DNA of 64,000 bases from Azolla caroliniana. Taxonomy: Eukaryota; Plantae; Polypodiophyta. Below, piece after piece: positions 60,401 through 64,000 of the stretch (positions within the stretch are counted from its first letter, which is position 1; every line of letters starts with the position of its first letter). The notes below the pieces were generated by a model. The model did no database searches. It was given only the letters and a program-made list of their open reading frames with translations, and had not been told where the DNA came from. The stretch is from assembly GCA_043228905.1 (NCBI GenBank), contig JBHGNT010000005.1, positions 15,252,001-15,316,000 on the forward strand, given 5' to 3'. The translations under genes were made by a program, and so were the position numbers.

Positions 60401-61047
60401 GCAAAGAGATTTTCGCAAAAACCCAACAAACCCAAGGAATGATCATACTTCTCTAATATTCCAAAGAGTGGGCCAAAGTTTGACTTTCTCAATGCAGTTA
60501 TGAGTTGTCCGAGATAAGTAATTGATTTCTTGAAGAACTCACATTTTGAGATCTTCACGTAAAATTGTTTGTCGCACAATGTTTGTAAAACAAAGCGGAC
60601 ATGTTTAGGATGTTCTTCTAATGTAAGGCTATAAACTAGAATATCATCCACGAAAATAATGACAACTTTTCCAAGTTCTCGGAAAATGTCATTCATTTCT
60701 TGTTGAAATGTGGCTGAAGCATTGGTCAAACCGAAAGGCACGACCAAAAACTCATAATAGCCATAGCATGGACGAAATGTTGTTTTAGGAACATCTTCCT
60801 CACTTATACAAATTTGATGGTAGCCTATAAGAAGATCTAGTTTCATAAAATATCAAACTCCCTAGAGACGGTTAGTTAGATCGTCGGCCCGGGGCAATGG
60901 ATATGAATTCTTGATCGTCACTTTATTCAAGCGTCGGTAATTAATACATATACGCCGTGTGCCCTCTTTCTTTTTTACCAAGAGAACAGGTGCACCCCAT
61001 GGAGATTTACTATAACATATATAACCCATTCATAAATAGTCCTGGAG
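54405..61047 (-). mobile_element. Decayed chromovirus (family W): RT-RNase H-integrase-chromodomain, PPT and 3' LTR 54405-54862
   Basis: RT PFGLTNA...FVDDILVYS; RNase H IDACYYAIG; integrase WESISMDFI; chromodomain DATWE; PPT GAGGGGAGTA at 54863-54872. Confidence 0.9.
55248..58792 (-). mobile_element. Gag-only non-autonomous LTR element (family V, Trp-primed), 4-bp TSD derived from GCGC
   Basis: LTRs 58109-58792 and 55248-56087 (the latter with an internal duplication); PBS at 58085-58102; decayed gag-like ORF (FNGKDASRYL..., DGGANGLTEDW) with acidic tail; hairpin-PPT at 56088-56128; no pol. Confidence 0.9.
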
Positions 61048-61337
61048 TGTCATAACTAGACTCGAACCCATAACCTTTTGTTACACGGGTCGAGACTTTA
61101 CCATTAGGTTATGAGTTGTAATTTGAAGGATATTATTTTCATTTAGGTTTTATTAGGAAATTGATGTATATTCCAGATTTCTCTGGAACATTCTAGAAAC
61201 TTCAGGAGTATTCCTGAAGACACTATAAAAGGAGGCGCAAGGCATTAGTTCGAACCAAATCGGTTCAACGCCAGTCTTAAGCCTTCTAACTACTGTTGTA
61301 TATCTTCCGTCATATAATACATATATCTTTCGCATCA

Positions 61338-61399
<62 letters not shown>

Positions 61400-61626
61400 A
61401 CTCATTCCTTCTCTCAAAGTTCGACACCTCTCATAGTACTAATCCTTCTCTGTCTTAGTACTATTCCCCAACAATAGTACTAATCCTTCTTTTAGTACTA
61501 ATTCCTTCTCTGCCTTAATAGAGTTCCTGACAGTTTGAACCGATTTTTTCCCCTCCTACTAGTCTCCCTCTTCCTTCTGTCTCTCTCCTTTCCTACTAGT
61601 CTCTTATTTCCCTTTTCCTTCATCCC

Positions 61627-62796
61627 ATGGCCACCGTTAGCGCTGAAGAGTATCAATCCGTTTTCTCGGAATTTCAATGCTTGAAAGAGAAGTTTCATGC
61701 TTTGGAACAAGAAAATCAACGCTTGTTGGGGGATCTTCAGCAAATTTCCTTAGAAAAGCAGCAAACGCAACAACAGCATGGGGAACTTGCGTTACGCGTG
61801 CAACAACTCGAAGCAACCATCGTAGCAATGCAACAACAAGGGCACGGAGCACAAGGGATTCATAAAGAACCCAAGATTGGCCTTCCCACGAAGTTCGATG
61901 GAACGCGATCGCAGTTTAGAGGGTTTCTTAACCAGGTACGGTTAGTTATTCAAATGCATCCGTCCCGATATCCCACCGATGCATCACGAGTGGGTTTAGT
62001 AGGCACGTTGTTAACTGGCTCAGCATTAGCATGGTTCGCACCGCTACTAGAAAAGGAATCTCCAGTACTAAATAATTTTGAAGAATTCATAAGTGAGTTT
62101 AAAGCATGTTTTGGAGATACTGACAGCATAAGGACTGCAATCAACAAAATCCGGCGATTACGCCAAGGTGACCGTCCAGCCTCCGCATATGCTGCAGATT
62201 TCCGCCTACTCGCCGCCGATATCCCCTGGGATGATCAAGCATTGATGGAGCAGTTCCGCTATGGTCTACGCAACGATGTCAAGGATTTACTCTTGACTTT
62301 CCCTGAAGAGCCAAAATCATTAACAGAAGCAATCAGTCGAGCGGTCAGATGTGACAACCGCCTCTTCGAGCGACGTTCGGAACGACAATTTCAGATGCCG
62401 AGGGCAAGATCCGAGCCTACCTATGCCTCAATGGTAGCGAAACCTTTTCAAAGGGAGTCACATAATGCGCCTCCAGTAAGTACTCCAACTCCAATGGAAA
62501 TTGACACTACACGTCGTCGTGGGCCGCTATCGGAGGAGGAAAAGCAACGACGCCGAACAAACCGATTATGCCTTTATTGCGGTGGACCAGGGCATATCGC
62601 GATAAACTGTCCCCATAGACCAAGAAGGCAGGTAAACCAAGTCATTGTTAGTTCTGACTATACTAAACCCGAGTCTATGTCAGTAGGAATCTCTGATAAT
62701 CCTCATAGTCATAATAGTCCTAATAGTACTAATAGTCCGAATCTCGCAAACAAATTTGATGTCCTTAGCCAATTAGAAGAAGAGTTAAACGACTAA
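61627..62796 (+). CDS. gag: Gag (PEG10/Tf1-sushi-like capsid plus CCHC knuckle)
   Basis: PTKFDGTR...FLNQV; [15 protein letters not shown]; PTPMEID; [14 protein letters not shown]; 389 aa uninterrupted. Confidence 0.93.
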   Translation: MATVSAEEYQSVFSEFQCLKEKFHALEQENQRLLGDLQQISLEKQQTQQQHGELALRVQQLEATIVAMQQQGHGAQGIHKEPKIGLPTKFDGTRSQFRGFLNQVRLVIQMHPSRYPTDASRVGLVGTLLTGSALAWFAPLLEKESPVLNNFEEFISEFKACFGDTDSIRTAINKIRRLRQGDRPASAYAADFRLLAADIPWDDQALMEQFRYGLRNDVKDLLLTFPEEPKSLTEAISRAVRCDNRLFERRSERQFQMPRARSEPTYASMVAKPFQRESHNAPPVSTPTPMEIDTTRRRGPLSEEEKQRRRTNRLCLYCGGPGHIAINCPHRPRRQVNQVIVSSDYTKPESMSVGISDNPHSHNSPNSTNSPNLANKFDVLSQLEEELND

Positions 62797-64000
62797 GTCC
62801 AGCCAAAATAGGAGCCGTTTGGTTGGACAGCCCTAGATCTATGCAGCCCATTAGTGGTTCCATTCCCTCTAAGCAAGTTAGTGATGTGTTCGTAGTCCAA
62901 GTAGCAGTTAGTACTAAAAGTACCCCTCCAGTACATACCTTAGCCCTTCTAGATTCCGGAGCTAATTCTTGCTTCATGGATAGGAATTTTGCCCGAGCTC
63001 ATCAGATATCTCTAAGAAAGCTCCCATGTCCAGCCTCAGTAGTAGTCATTGATGGTCGTCCCATTGCTTCTGGTAATATCATAGAAGAGTCGGAACCCGT
63101 TAATATTGTCCTAGATAACTTAACATGTGTAGTATCATTTAATATTATTAGTATTCCAGAACATCCCATAGTTTTAGGATTACCATGGTTCGAGTTACAT
63201 GACCCAGACATAGATTGGAGGACAAGGGAAATCCGGTTGCGACAAACCCAAGGATCTACCCAGAAGGTTGCAACCATTTCGCTACGTCAGTTGCGTGAGG
63301 AAGGGCGCAAGGAGGAAATGTTTCTCTTTGCAATATCAGTACAACCCTCCAGCACCACCAAAGAGGAGTCCACCGTTCAACTTCCCGAGAAGTATCGTCA
63401 GTATGCTGATGTGTTCGATAAAGTACAAGCCAACACACTTCCTCATCATCGGCCGTACGACTGCGCCATCGACTTACAACCGGGAAAAGAGCCGCCATGG
63501 GGGCCGATCTACAATTTGTCACCAACCGAGCTAGAAGTCCTTCGAGCCTATATAGAGGAGAATTTGGAGAACGGTTTCATTCGGCATTCGAAATCTCCAG
63601 CCGGCGCACCCATTTTCTTCGTCAAGAAAAAAGATGGCTCGCTTCGACTCGTTGTAGATTACCGTGGCTTGAATAAGGTCACAGTAAGAAATAGGTATGC
63701 TCTTCCCCTTATCTCAAGTCTTTTAGAACGGATCAACGGTGCCAGGTTCTTCACGAAGATCGACTTACGAGGAGCCTATAACCTCGTACGGATCCGACCA
63801 GGAGATGAATGGAAGACCGCGTTTCGCACCAGATATGGGCACTTCGAGTATACGGTCATGCCGTTCGGACTCACTAATGCGCCGGCAGTCTTCCAGCACA
63901 TGGCGAATGATATATTTCGAGACCTCTTGGATGATTTTTTGATCATCTATTTGGATGATCTACTGGTTTATTCAAAGACCCAAGAAGAACATGATTCTCA
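62784..64000 (+). CDS. pol: Pol (protease-RT) in the -1 frame relative to gag; runs off the window
   Basis: [13 protein letters not shown] at ~62943; VLGLPW; [30 protein letters not shown]; no stop seen on manual reading. Confidence 0.9.

Larger units (their letters stand above)
61048..64000 (+). mobile_element. Young Tf1/sushi/Tcn1-like Gypsy element, 5' part; LTR 61048-61532
   Basis: TGTCA...TGACA LTR; TATA at 61224; no TGG tRNA PBS; open gag and pol. Confidence 0.92.

Noticed and set aside
61627-62796. Domesticated PEG10/RTL-like host gene
   Set aside because: Has an LTR, priming site and RT in cis and interrupts another element, so it is a retrotransposon.

Overview
Eukaryotic, plant-type DNA, probably a non-seed land plant such as a fern (inference). 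About 85-90% is nested LTR retrotransposons around one host gene, a 7-exon clade-F-like PP2C phosphatase (23713-26331, +). Resolved elements: several tRNA-iMet-primed Ty1/Copia copies with TSDs; a full-length non-chromoviral Ty3/Gypsy with a large extra 3' ORF (31744-41289) and a divergent relative (51658-54400); a chromodomain Gypsy family with tandem LTR-LTR junctions; a young Tf1/Tcn1-like element with a self-priming site and a -1 frameshift signal (61048-end); two hAT-type MITEs; and a tRNA-Trp-primed, 4-bp-TSD Gypsy clan present as pol-bearing, gag-only and non-coding forms that share PBS and 3' hairpin-PPT modules but have different LTRs. Main leads: (1) tRNA-like A-box/B-box modules near the U3 end of three unrelated LTR families; (2) the multi-tier Trp-primed clan; (3) two divergent Gypsy elements sharing an uncharacterised accessory-protein domain and a 40-nt non-purine motif where the PPT should be. 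All coordinates and counts were read by eye and need computational confirmation.
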